Assembly (NCBI GenBank): GCA_965235115.1
Contig: OZ249436.1
Location: 38,752,001-38,816,000 of the forward strand
Direction: 5' to 3'
From: Laetmonice hystrix
Taxonomy: Eukaryota
Length of the DNA stretch: 64,000 bases
The notes beneath the pieces are model-generated. The model was not told the origin of the DNA, searched no databases, and saw nothing but the letters and a program-made list of their open reading frames with translations. A program made the position numbers and the translations under genes. Positions 36,353 to 50,004 of the stretch are shown here, piece by piece. The first letter of the stretch is position 1; each line of letters begins with the position of its first letter.

Positions 36353-36617
36353 ATCTACAGCAACGTCCATCCCGCCAACCTTTAGCCCTGTCCTAGTAAA
36401 GTGCAGCGTTAACTCACCCAGAAGTTTCAGCCACCTCACTCGTCCAGTTGAACTTCTCGGTCCATGTTCAACCACATGGACCTGAGGACAATGGACCCGT
36501 GAGTCCATGGCATCGACAGGTGATTTTACTGGAATTCCCAGAATATCAAGGGGGCTGGGGGCTCATACAATAATTATAATCAATGATATAATTGCCGATA
36601 TAGGGCCTGTTATACAA

Positions 36618-36817
36618 AATGTGCTTAGGAGCGGACCATTTAACATGTAGGGGGAGGGGCTATGGTTTTAAAAAAATTGTTCACCAAACACAGGGAAAAA
36701 TAGTTTTAGGGCCGGATATATTATACTAATGTGCTTATGAGCGGACCATTTAATACGTAGGGGGAGGGGCTATGGTTTTAAAAAAAATGTTCACCAAACA
36801 CAGGGGAAAAATAGTTT
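36618..36817 (+). repeat. Direct duplication of about 90 bp (period about 110 bp)
   Basis: aatgtgctta.gagcggaccatttaa...gggggaggggctatggttttaaaaaaa..gttcaccaaacacaggg.aaaatagttt occurs twice. Confidence 0.8.
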
Positions 36818-39479
36818 GATCATCAAACTACATTAAAAAATTGTCCCATATGTAAGAATATATAGTGTATTCGAGATAGGAAAAAATAGTTTGATTAATG
36901 GCCATAGCTTTTGTCTGGGGGCAAAAAAAAAACTTTGCTGGTGAAGAAATCCCATTGTCACTTCAAAAACTTCAAATGTCACCAACTGGTGGCCAAAACA
37001 AAGTGTGAAAAAATCCCTTGGCTCCATCCACCTGGTCATCGAGACCTCGATGAATTCAACTTTTTACTTCGTCGTCAGTCGTTCTGTTTCCAATGTCACC
37101 CCTGGGGGCTGCCGTCAGATTTCATTTTAAATTTGTTGTATAACACCACATTAATTCCCAATGGACGAACTCCTGAGAAAACAGAACTAATAAGCTGTAG
37201 TTATATTCGAACTGATAAGATAAGAACGGTTACCGATATATCGTTTTGAACATTCACAACGATTGTATCATTAAGGTGTTGTTCTTCTTTTCTTTCTGTT
37301 TTCTTTCGTCTTGGCACTGAAGTTGTAACACGAATTATGCCAGCACACCCTGGCAACGTTTCCGTATAATAACTGGGCGTTTACTGCTTGTAGCGTGTTG
37401 TAAACAACACATACCTATAGGGCCTTTGGTGGACTAGAATCAACAGGGGCATCCTGGTAAATAAGGTCACTCTTGGGCGGCCTACAACAGCAGTGGGAAA
37501 GTATGTTGGTCTCGAAATGGGGGGGGGGGGGGTTACTTCCAAGCAAAGTGATATCCATTGGGGGTCAGGTGTCAGGTAGGGAGTCCGGGGGTTATAGGCC
37601 CCCGGAAAATTTGTAACCCAAAGACGGTATTTGCTGTAATTCGGCGGCTGCACAAGGTTGTTTTATGTCTTGAATGCATGGGTATTTTTCCAAATAGTTT
37701 ATTCAGATTTTCATAGTGATAACCAGGTGGACTTTAACTCGCTCTGAGGGTAGGTTTACGAGCAACCAAAGTACCCCTCCCCTCCCCCGCGGCCTGCAGA
37801 CCTATAGCCTACTGTATAGCCAACTGTGAATAGACTATCACGATGAAAATATAATAGAGTGCGTGTATTGATCCACAGACGTCCATCAGTCTGGTCCCAG
37901 ACTCACACACACTGAAGATATCGAATTCGATCGGTATCCCCTATCCCCAGTACGGGCACGTCTAATTTCGTGAAGACCAGTGCATTATTTCCACTCCACT
38001 CCCTCAATGTAATAACATGGGTGACCTCTAAGATACACCACCGCCTGGCCAAGGTTGGTAGGTTTCTTGCAAGGTTCGATCTATGCTGGCCGGTAAATCC
38101 AACCATGTTCTTTGGATTTACAGGCGCAGATCTAGGGGGAAAATTGGGGCATGTATACCTTTTTCCTTTATTGTTTGCATACACGACTTTGATGTCAGAC
38201 CTTGGCGGGGGGGGGGGGGGGGCTCCCTTGATTTCTAATGGATAGCCACAGCCACTTCGGGAATCATACGCCTCCTCCTGCCGAACAGGCGCGCCATGTC
38301 GGCCATTTGGGCGCATCGGACGGTTAGACGTTTCATGGCGCTGTGAGTGTATCGTATCAACGTTACAATCAGCAGCACTTCCATCTGCTTATTACTCGAG
38401 AGTGGTTGGCGCCCTCCACAGATGTACCCCTCTTACATCTGTAGATAAACACAAACACGTCTGGCGTCTGTTTTTATCACCATCCACGTACCGGGACATA
38501 AGACTGTTGTTCTTCAGCCACCAAGGGCCAACCTTGTACATGAGGGTTTAGCTCTTTTTTATTGCTTTGTTATTTTAGGTTTAGGGCCTACGTTTACAAA
38601 GGAAACAGCTTCATGAAGTTGAAAACAAAATGACCCCACTTGTGACCAACATAAAGAACTTCTTTCTGTGAGTAAGAAATAGGTTGGAGATCGATGGGGC
38701 TGTAGATACGGAAGATGGTAGAGCTCATGAAGGCTATGTAAATTTATTTGATAAAATCTAATATAGTTCAAAGTTTGGCGCTCAATAAGCGCCTACCCCC
38801 GCTACAATTGTGTATATGTCGAAAATGTCGAAGCAGGCAATAAATTTGAAAAACGAGCAGAAAGGAGGCTGGTGTTGTAAAGGCCCACGGCTACTGATAC
38901 TTCCTATACTGCTGGTCTGACAGGCTGTGAAATCGAATAAATCCTTACACTGGGAATAACAAAGAATTTACCTAAAGAAGTACATGTTGACACTTTCATT
39001 TAGAAACTCCACTCTTGCTACCAGGGCCGTATACCTATTATAACCAAATATAGCAACAGGCAGGGGTTGTAAACGCTCCTTCACAGTTCCGGGAAATGAG
39101 TGTCCTTTTCAACAGGACGGTGGCCTTTTGAGTTGACAGGAAAGTGTTATTCTCGAAACCAATTCAGCCATGCATGGCCTGCAATATAAACGATTAAGAC
39201 TACAAAAAGCTATATCTTACATCGTCTCTGAATAATTCCACTTAATACAGAATGTTGGATATACTAAGAAAAAGTACTGTATATCCAAGACGACATAAAA
39301 CGCTGCACATAAAATTCACGTGCTCTCGGGCGGAGACTATTTGCCGGCTGTCGTCGTTCACAGCGCGAGGCCCACGCCCCCTTTTAAAATCCTGATTCCG
39401 CCCCCCCCCCCCCCCCGAGGACGGTGCATGACAGCCGAATAACAAACGTCGATTTGGGCGCCATGGCGTGGCGCGTCCT

Positions 39480-40682
39480 GTCTAGCCTGTGGTGTAGAGG
39501 AGGTAATAGAGTCTACGGGAGGCACTACCACTTCCCAACCCTGGCTGGTCTGTGGTGTAGACAATGTGTTATAGGCACGGCCTCCCCCACCCCTGGCTGG
39601 TCTGTAGACGAGGTATACCGGAGGCACCGCCTCCCCCGCCCCTGGCTGGTCTGTGGTGTAGACAATGTGTTATAGGCACCGCCTCCCCCGCCCCTGGCTG
39701 GTCTGTGGTGTAGACGATGTGTTATAGGCACCGCCTCCCCCGCCCCTGGCTGGTCTGTAGACGAGGTATACCGGAGGCACCGCCTCCCCCGCCCCTGGCT
39801 GGTCTGTGGTGTAGACGAGGTATACCGGAGGCACAGCCTCCCCCGCCCCTGGCTGTTCTGTAGACGATGTATACCGGAGGCACCGCCTCCCCCGCCCCTG
39901 GCTGGTCTGTAGACGAGGTATACCGGAGGCACCACCTCCCCCACCCCTGGCTGGTCTGTGGTGTAGACGATGTATACCGGAGGCACCGACTCCCCCACCC
40001 TTGGCTGTTCTGTAGACGATGTATACCGGAGGCACCGCCTCCCCCGCCCCTGGCTGGTCTGTGGTGTAGACGATGTATACCGTAGGCACCGACTCCCCCA
40101 CCCCTGGCTGGTCTGTGGTGTAGACGAGGTATACCGGAGGCACAGCCTCCCCCGCCCCTGGCTGTTCTGTAGACGATGTATACCGGAGGCACCGCCTCCC
40201 CCGCCCCTGGCTGGTCTGTAGACGAGGTATACCGGAGGCACCACCTCCCCCACCCCTGGCTGGTCTGTGGTGTAGACGATGTATACCGGAGGCACCGACT
40301 CCCCCACCCTTGGCTGTTCTGTAGACGATGTATACCGGAGGCATCGCCTCCCCCACCCCTGGCTGGTCTGTGGTGTAGACGATGTATACCGGAGGCATCG
40401 CCTCCCCCACCCCTGGCTGGTCTATGGTGTAGACGATGTATACCGGAGGCACCGACTCCCCCACCCCTGGCTGCTCTGTGGTGTAGACGATGTATACCGG
40501 CGGCACCGCCTCCCCCACCCTTGGCTGTTCTGTAGACGATGTATACCGGAGGCACCACCTCCCCCACCCCTGGCTGCTCTGTAGACGATGTATACCGGAG
40601 GCACCGACTCCCCCACCCCTGGCTGGTCTGTGGTGTAGACGATGTATACCGGAGGCACCGACTCCCCCACCCCTGGCTGCTC
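39480..40682. repeat. GC-rich minisatellite of 49-bp and 54-bp units
   Basis: Unit GTAGACGATGTATACCGGAGGCACCGCCTCCCCCACCCCTGGCTGGTCT plus optional GTGGT; about 23 units. Confidence 0.93.
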
Positions 40683-43600
40683 GGAGGGTACTCGCTGACA
40701 CGCAATATCCAAGGTCTGGCAGCATTTTCCTGGTTTTAGACATAAATAATGATATAGAGATATATATATAATGATATATATCGTGACGCTACGATGAAAT
40801 TGTGATTTATTGCATTTATTTATGTCATTTTCCAAATATGTTTTCCATACAGGAAATGGGAGTGGCCTCGATTGGTTGGTTATCCTAATATCAAACACAT
40901 GGTACTGATAACAGTTCATTAGTATGACCGTGAGGGGGTAGCAAGTTCTAGGTATTCGAACCACGATGCGGCGGTCACGGTTCCTGTGCCACAATATGCC
41001 AGTGGTTATGGCGCCGTAATGCATGACTGATGGCAATATGATAAGAATGTGATATATCACATAAATGTACGTGTGCGTATGTGTTGTACGTTGTGGACGT
41101 TCTGCGTCTCTCGGTGTGTTTTGGTGTGTTCTAACACAGACAACGTACACCATAATGATAACGAAAACATAAACTCTAAACACATTATAGCTTTAGCAGG
41201 AAATCTGAGGCTATACCTCGGCATTTGTGACATCTCATACATCAAAACAAGTACCAGATGGAATGCTACTGCTTCCATCACACCCACACAGGCTACATTC
41301 TGACATCTGACAGTATGTCATCATTCTGCATTCTATGTGGTACACATGAACAAAACACATCATTCTACGTGACCAGTCTCTGACAAGCGCAGTAAATACA
41401 GCGTCATGAATTTAACCACCAGAATCTAGCAGAGACAGTCATAAAATCAAAACATGGGAGATTTGTTTTGAAAAAAATTACCTTTCTTGGTGGAAATACC
41501 CGTAGTATGATCATTTTGTGTGCTTCGCAACAGGATTTCATAATTGTGTATTAAAACGATCAAGAATCATCTTCCAAATTGGATTCCAAACCTGGGGGCA
41601 GTTGGAATTACAAAGACAAAGGATACTCTCCAATTTCACACACAGTGCGCAAGACAAGGAAAGTACACATGGGACTTCAGTTCAACCTCTAAGAACTACC
41701 CTGAAGCATTTCTCAAAATTCACCTTACTTCACGCTGCAGTGCACTCGAGGCACAGTTAGAATGACAACCGAAACATTCAGACCTCAGACATTATCTCCT
41801 TCGTCACAATTCATCGCTTCATCTCGAAATTCAATATTCTAAGCACAACCTCATACAGTTCTGTTTAGTTGCAATTTATATATAATGCGTTCAATTATAG
41901 ATGTATAATACCCGTATATAAAAAAGATTATCATTTGAATCTCGTTTAATCATTTAATATCTATTAACCGATTATAAGAAATTTATGAAGTTATTGGATT
42001 GATTTGCGGCAAATGGTGTGCATATATATTGTGGCGTTAGTCTTATTTGCCCCTTCTTGTAGCATTTATGTCTATCTCTTCTTTCTTTCCTTCTTCGGAC
42101 ACGCATTTCTATGTCGGAAAAGAAACCGCTTTAAAGTAATAAAATTCAGCCGTCACCAATCTTCTATTTTTGCAATATTCATTATAAGGCCAGACATACC
42201 GTCATCCTGGACCTTACAGCTGACAGACCTGAGAAAGATATACATTTGTACACAGGACACTGTCTGCCCTAGTCACGACTCGTACCTTGTCAACGTGTAC
42301 AGATGTACTGCCCGTGGGAACAACAGTAAACGTCAGGTAATGCCCTGCACAACCCGCCCGCCTCTTACCTATAAAACAATCTTTCTAAGCCGCCCAGTGC
42401 AGACGGTCGTGCGTTGTGTGCGCGGTCTGAGGACGGACTCTGCTAAATGTCGTCTGCTAGTACGTGCGTCATTACGTCAATTCACCGCCACGAGACACGC
42501 AACAACCCCAGGGTGCATTTTTTTCACCTGCTGGCATAGAAGACAGCAGCCTTGCCCTTTCTGACTCCCTGGGGCTATAGACGTCGACTGGCAGACTCTT
42601 TGAAGATGGAAAAATTAAGTCTTTTGTTGCCACTCCCTTCCAGCTCAGTCGATCGGAGCCGCAGATTAGTTAGTAACAAGGTCGGCATGACTTGCTGCAG
42701 ACTTGCTTCCCGTAATCCTGTTCTGATTTCAGAAAATATGTAAAATACTCTGAGGGTAGGAACGAGAAACGGGAAGTTCACTCATATATTGGTTTCTTAT
42801 AATCTCCAGTTGGTATACAGTTATATATTTCGAGCTATCTCCCCCCCCCCCCCGTAGCCTGTCGCATGCGAGATTCTTATTCTCTTCAATGCAGAAATAT
42901 GCTCAGTTGGAACAGGATCCCACAGAATCTCAGCCACTGATATAAGATTCTTCACTTCTTAAAATTTACTTCATTAGTCAAGATATGATTCCCCATCAAG
43001 TATGGGACGATTTGGTTAAATGTAATGTCGTTGGCTTTCTCTGATAACTATAGGTCTTGGAACATAAATACGTTCGCAGTGATGCGATCATACGAATTCT
43101 CTTTCTGTATGTTAAAGATACAACGTATAAGGACTGCCCAGTCATATCATCTGCATATAATTTGCGCGAGATTCTAAATGCATTAATTGCAGAAGGGTAG
43201 GCCTATATATTTATATATAGGAATCTCACACGCTGGATTCTGTCCACAATGGTACAATAAATGGTAACTTCCTCACGGACACCAGAAAGAATGACTGAGG
43301 GCACTAAATGATCACTTTTTCCCTGAAAATTGATATGTACCTGGTTACCTTTTTTAACATAACGACAGCACACAAGATCATTCAAGTTATTCACAATGAG
43401 AGCAGTTCTGAACCTATGCCATAAACTACACCCCTCTACATTAAATGGTGCTAATGCCGGGGAATTAATCCGTCATGGGAATGGTACAGTTATAAAAATA
43501 TACATTTCTACAATGTGAGTATAAATGTACGGATATGGGGAACCATTCCTACATGTCAGTCTGGGCTCAGTTGCCAGAGTATTAAATACCTCCACAAACA

Positions 43601-44849
43601 CGGCAGAGAAACCACTTAATGCTACATATAATACGGGAGGACATGTGCGTGCGTTTACCGGTACATGTAAAGTGACACGATATATTTTTCATTTAGTCTC
43701 AAACCACTTTCAACAAATTTCTCTAGAACCAGTTTATAAAACAAGCAGGCGCGCCCTTTGTAACTAAGGTCCAGTCAGTCGGAAAGCACACTCTGCTCAT
43801 ACAATCCCCACAACATACTGGGACTCATGTGTAATCATTGTGCCATGCCAGCCTTTTTATATGCACCCACCAGCAGGTCTAGAACATTCCTTCACAGAAA
43901 TCCACCGCAAATTCTACTAATGGTTCAGCGACCACAATGAATGTCACTTGGAACGACTCACAGGCGGATTCAGACGGGGAAGAGGGCGTTAAAGGCGCCC
44001 TCCTTTTTTCGCCCCACAATTATTTTTAGAACCTGTTTTTATCAAGTGTACAATCTATGTCACCGGACAAATGTAAGGTTCCGGTAGGCCATCTTGCATT
44101 CTTCCTGGTTTATTTCGACCTGCCCTATCATCACTGGTTGCTCCCCCTCCTTTCTCAAATTCCCGGATCACCGCCCTGCAACTTCCACATGCGTTATTTC
44201 CTCCATGGCAACCTCTACACCAGACAATCCGTATCGATCTGTTTACAATACCTCAGGACTCCATTCCTCCCGATTCCCACGGTAATATTCTGATCTTTTA
44301 TACACAAACACAGAACACATAATCCTCACGGGAAACAGCAGGGCGTTACAACTTCACGGAAATCATGGATTTCTCACCCCAGACAAAAGAGTCAATCTCG
44401 TTAATTTTTCATGGAAACACACGTAATTAGTTTACTTATAAAGGCTGGACTTATTGATTTAGATTTAGAACAACGTTGTTTCTTTCTTTCATTACTGGAA
44501 TAGGAAAAGGACCATGTGTATCAGAATATGCAAACTATTGTGCATTTCCAGCTCTTGTTGGACTTTCCTATGTGCAACCCGCTAGTCCGTAAAACTTACT
44601 AAAAGTGGCTGAATAACATCTACAAAATCTACAATATATATAATCACAAATATGTTAGACAATGAAAGTCAAGCTTACTTTATACATAAACTATAATCAA
44701 CAATTTTAAGAATGTAAAAACATATCTCACAGAACAAAATATTATGGATCTAATATCTTACACCCACTTTAAGTGCAACATTAATTTGATACCACATCAG
44801 CACAAAGGCAGGATTCGGCATTATAGGCCTACATAAAATACACATAAAA

Positions 44850-45775
44850 GGGAGGGCACAGATATATCCATGGGCCTGTCCGAAAAACAACCAACGCCTA
44901 ATGTTAGTAGACGTGAAGCGGGAGAAAAAAAATAAAGGTACTATTCGTGGGGAAAAAGTTCAATTTTTTTATTTTTAATTTTGTTGACGTTTATGTGATT
45001 CCACCTATTATGGAAATAGATTCACAACTAAGGAAATCACAATTTTTCATGGATAACGGCACAAATGGGGCTCTCTCAGAAGGGCTGTGGAGACCCTGAC
45101 ACGCCCCCTAGACTCGACAACGGGAGATGGCTCTATCTCGGTGCGCACCTAGATAGGTTTCAAATGCTGCACACAGACTAATAGAAGGTTCATCAGGCCA
45201 ATGGTATCGGTAGGAATTTTGTCTAGTAGTATGTGCATAATGTATGATAGGAGAACTGCCATTCTGAGCAAGACGAATAGCACCTTTAAGTGGAGCCTAC
45301 GCCCGGTCACTGCCAATGTTTACATTTTGTAGTCACTGACACTGACGGGAAGGCAGGCACATGTCCCGACCAGCGTCGTCAGTGAGTACTCGAGTTCTAC
45401 CTGCGTTCATTGCAGAAATACCACATTGTTCTTCTCCAAACTTCGCGTACAATGAAGATAACACTTTCCACAACGTCTTGCCAATTTTCGCCCAGATACG
45501 ATATTTGGCTCTCTTAAAGTACACCGATGTTTGTAAGGTAGACCGCGCCCCCACTGGGCCGTGCCGCCGTCGCAGTGTCAGTGACTGCATAATGTAAACA
45601 TCGGCCGGGTGTAGGCTTCGATGACGAATTTTCCTCGCTAATGAGGCGTGAGAACTATGCACCTTCATGTCTACTTTCACTAGGTCATCCAAGTTGTCAC
45701 GAGACAAATCATAGGCGTTGGTTGTTTTTTTTTATTTCTTTTCGGACAGGCTTATGGATATCTCTGCCCTCCCTA
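44850..45775. mobile_element. Non-autonomous TIR element
   Basis: GGGAGGGCA.AGATAT..CCAT..GCCTGTCCGAAAA..CAACCAACGCCTA is mirrored by TAGGCGTTGGTTG..TTTTCGGACAGGCTTATGGATATCTCTGCCCTCCC. Confidence 0.68.
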
Positions 45776-46588
45776 TTAAACTAATGGCAACATTCTTAAG
45801 TCACAATATACACAAATGTAAATGCAAACCAGTAGTTCTTTCGCCACATGGTACAAACATATAAAAGTTAACTATGACAATGGTAACAGGCTAACAGCCA
45901 TGTAAGCTACACTCCGACTTCCTTGAAGGACAGTAAACGGAATCATGTTGTGCACCAACTAATATAGTTGGGCCTTGACGTGCTACAAAGTAATAGTTTT
46001 AGATAGACACATGCGCGTTCATTACCTTCCAAGTCCACACCGGGTACAAGTCTGACTACAAGGTTTATGGTAAGTTTATAAGGTCATTATAACGGTTACT
46101 ATTTCAGCATATATCACTTCGGTTACCAGTAATGCTTCTGTAAGGGAGAGAAAAAAATATCACGTTTATTATCAGCATATTTAACTGATAGCAAGGCACG
46201 ACAAAGTAAATAGTTTTATATCACATTCGTCTATTTATAGAACCACCATCGAATTAAATCAAACAAGATTGTTAGTCTCGCTTTTTACATGGACATAATA
46301 CGATGCTGCTATTTAAGATAATTGTAGCGATTGTTCAGACAGGAATCAAAACTGCCTTGCAGCAGCACTCGTCTAATAGTTCGACGTTGTGTGGAATGAC
46401 TTCAATGACAGCAGTATGACGACCAGCACCGTAAATACTCACCATGCCGGATGTAAAACCCGACTTATTCCCATAACTTCACTGTATGATTCTTATTGAT
46501 GTCTTTTGCATATTTTATTAGCAGTTCAATAACCGCACACCTTACGCTAAAATTACCATGTATCTGATTACCGTACTAAATCTAACCT

Positions 46589-49500
46589 TTATGATAACTT
46601 AACAAAATACCCAATGGGATCATCTGGGCCAAGTCCCATCTCAGTCAAATTGATTCGTATAGGACCGTCATAGGTAAAGCCTCTGTCTGACTTCCAACGG
46701 CCTTTTGGTAAATACACCTCTCTCTCTCTGACCCCTTCCTGAAGGATAGGTGCCACAAGAAGCCTGTCCCCTACTAGGAATGAGTCACTGATGCCATAGG
46801 TCTTGGGGTCATCAGGTGCAATCCACCAGACTGGTCTGATAATTGGGTTCAGTAGTCCGGTGGAGTTAGTGGTAACGTTTAGGATGTGTGGCATCACCTG
46901 ACTGTCCCGAATCATCAATAACCTATCCACGGCGTTCACAGCGTCACTGCCGAACTCCTCTGGATTCACAGACAGGTGCATGATGGGTAGGAAGGTGGCA
47001 AGCTGCATGCAGCGCTGGAACAGTTCGGCAGTGATTGGAACACCATGGAACAGGTCGATAAAGTCTACCAGTACGAAGGGATATCCCAGCAGCCCAAGGG
47101 TCAACACTTTAGAAATGACTCCGCGAAGGGAACTCCCGTCTCCTGGGCCGACTCTGTGTTGGACGTGGATGATGACTAGTTGTCCTTGAAGATGAGAGGC
47201 GCTGTGTACAAGGGCAAATGGACCACTCCTGCTGGCTAACGTACCAATCGCTGTTGTGTACTCGTTGGGATTGGTAAAACCATCAGCAAACTTGGCCTCG
47301 AAGGGAAGCCTGGTGGCCTCGCCTCCTAGAAACCTGAACACGTCCACGTCTGACGCCTTCTTCAGATCATCAAGTTTCTCTTTCAACCAAGCAGTGGCGT
47401 TCTCATGAACGTCGACTGCCCCTGTAACATGCGGAAATGCCCGATTGGCACTCGGCAATTGGAATAGGCCAGGAACCTCACCTCCAGCGTCTCTGACCAA
47501 ATACTGATTATAAGTAGCCTCTTCAAATAACACAGACTGAATGGATATGTAAGGATATAATGACAGAGCTACCCTGCACTTCAGGGTGTCTTTCAGGTTC
47601 CTAACAAGTGCGGAGATATTGCTGAATTTTTCCAACTTGAATGCAAAGTCCCCAATATGTGTTTGCCATCCCTCCCCAACAATAAGCAGTCCAACTTGGT
47701 GTCCAAAACTCTGGATCTTTTCTGTTTGTTTTTTCACGCTGGTTTCGTCCAGATTTCCACTGCCAGTTGCCATTACTGACCACGCTGGTTTCCTGAGGAC
47801 ACTTACATCACTGAATGTCACCTGAGATATGTTGCGTTGGTCGGAGATTGCCCTTACAGCAAAAAGATGTGCATCCAGAACGTTTTGGTTCGAACACACT
47901 GTGTAATTCAACCAGGGAGCTGGGTTACCGGGCTGCTTGTAGACGGAATGAGTGTTGTCTGCGACCAGGCACAGCTGGCCATCTCCCGACGACGTGTTGT
48001 TTGACTCGGCATCGATGGCATTCCAGCTGACATGAAGAGGGGAGGTTAAATCTGCAGCAAACAATGAGACTCCTCTGGTAGACAGCCAGTAGCGCTCCAG
48101 AACTGGACCGAAGGCATTGTGTTGACCGGCGGTTCCTGTTATGAAAGGTTGAAGTGGTATACTGTGGTTGTTGAGCGGCCACTGCTGCTGGTCCATCAGT
48201 GCGCCGCCGTACCAGAAGGCCTCGTCCTGCCCGATTGTGTAGCAGTCTCGTAGTGTCACCTTCTGGCTGAGGCTCCTCCAGGCGATGTCATAACACTTGG
48301 AAGAGCCCTCTTCCCGGTAATCCAGGTTCAGCAAGGCCGACCCTCGCCACAACAGACATAAATGTGTTGTTCTTAGTTTGTCACTTGAGCAGTCATAAGG
48401 CAACTGTTCTTCGGGAATGCCAAGACCGACTTTACCAACCAAAATTGCATCTTGTTTGTAATTCTGAACAGTAATGAGCCTGGTATCTTCTTCCAATAGG
48501 ATCTTCTTCCCGAGTTCAACTCTTAGAGACTTGGAGTGGGCAAAGATCAAGACCACAGAGACAATCACAACAATGCTTACAAAGAGCGCGGAGACAAACA
48601 GTTTCAGTTTGTATTCACGCTTTGGTGGTGGTTCCTTGTGTGATGTAGAACTGGATATCTGAAACAGGAAAGGTCAAGTTTGCATAAGACATTTGATAAT
48701 TCCACGGGGGAAAACAGTGCATGTGTGAGAATGATTCCAAGAAAGTACGTATATTGAATGGATTTATTCAAAAGGTCCGTACTTTACCCGATCTGGATTT
48801 TTATTTGGATGGAACCAAATTATCTTATTTTAAACGCAATCGTTTCTTCATGCACCCAAGTCCCCCCAGCAAACGTATTCGTAGAATCGACCAATGTCTG
48901 ACTTCATAAAAAAAAACGAAAAAAACACCCCCGCGCAACAGCACCAACTTTTTTGGCCTAACATAATTCATTCCCCTCACGCCTCAGTACAATCCACCGC
49001 CAATCCACCGCAAAGCTATTATAAGCAATAGCTAGATATAATGTCCTGCGGAAAGCACTATTTCCAGGATCTGTTTAGTGCATCCTGCACCATCTCGCCA
49101 CGACAGACTCATCTGGGTAATTACGGGTAATCGTATATATAATAAATGATTGTATTCCGTACACAGGTTCACCAACTGTTGTTCCTGATCAACTCTTTAG
49201 ATGATATTTTTTATATCGGCCTGCACACTTAATTCTGCTAACATATCGACTACATCCCTCTATAAAAAAAAATAGGCAATACAACCCAAGCCGTCATAGG
49301 GCGGACAGGCCAAGCAGACAAAAACAGCATTAGATGTTTTATGACTTCCTTTTTTTAAGTTCAGCCTTTATGGCATGAAAATAAAGAAAACCTTTTATCT
49401 TCCAGGTTGTCGTTATATTTCCCTCAGATATTTTCTCATGGTTCCCAATCTCTGTGACCCATCTTCAGACCCTCTGGGGTAGCAAAGCTTCTTATAAATG

Positions 49501-49949
49501 GGGCTTCATATCGGAGGCAGCTGCAAATAAATTACACCTTCTTTTTCCGTCAGGTCGTCTATTATCCAATCTATCAAACCAAGACACCATTGTTTCTTTT
49601 TTCCTCCTTCAGACGCGCCTACATTTCTGAAGGGTGTTCTAGAACGTCACAGACTGACGACAGACAAGTACACACTTCACACTGAACGTTTGAAGCGCCG
49701 AGACATTTACAGCCATTGAAGCACACAGCGTGTTTTAGGACTGGAGTGGTTGGTTAGCTAAGCGATATAAATATATGTACGTATGTGTATATTCGTCCAG
49801 GAGATACCGGACTGACCAACCCCTATGAGCGTGGTCAGATCATGGTCAAAGGTGATCAGTCACGGGGACCTGCTCCCATTTGGACGCGAGAGTCGGGGTT
49901 ATCAGGTCCACCGGGACGCCCTGCCTGCCGGCCGGCCCTGCTGCTGCTG

Positions 49950-50004
<55 letters not shown>

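Noticed and set aside
36418..36530. Selenoprotein-like C-G-UGA motif on the minus strand
   Set aside because: Another frame is open without UGA, there is no thioredoxin-like context and I identified no SECIS.
39525..41183. Long minus-strand ORFs of 253-357 aa
   Set aside because: They are open in several frames only because of the minisatellite composition and have no domain features.
42004..42564. 186-aa ORF
   Set aside because: Non-ATG start, no recognisable motif and no supporting exon structure.
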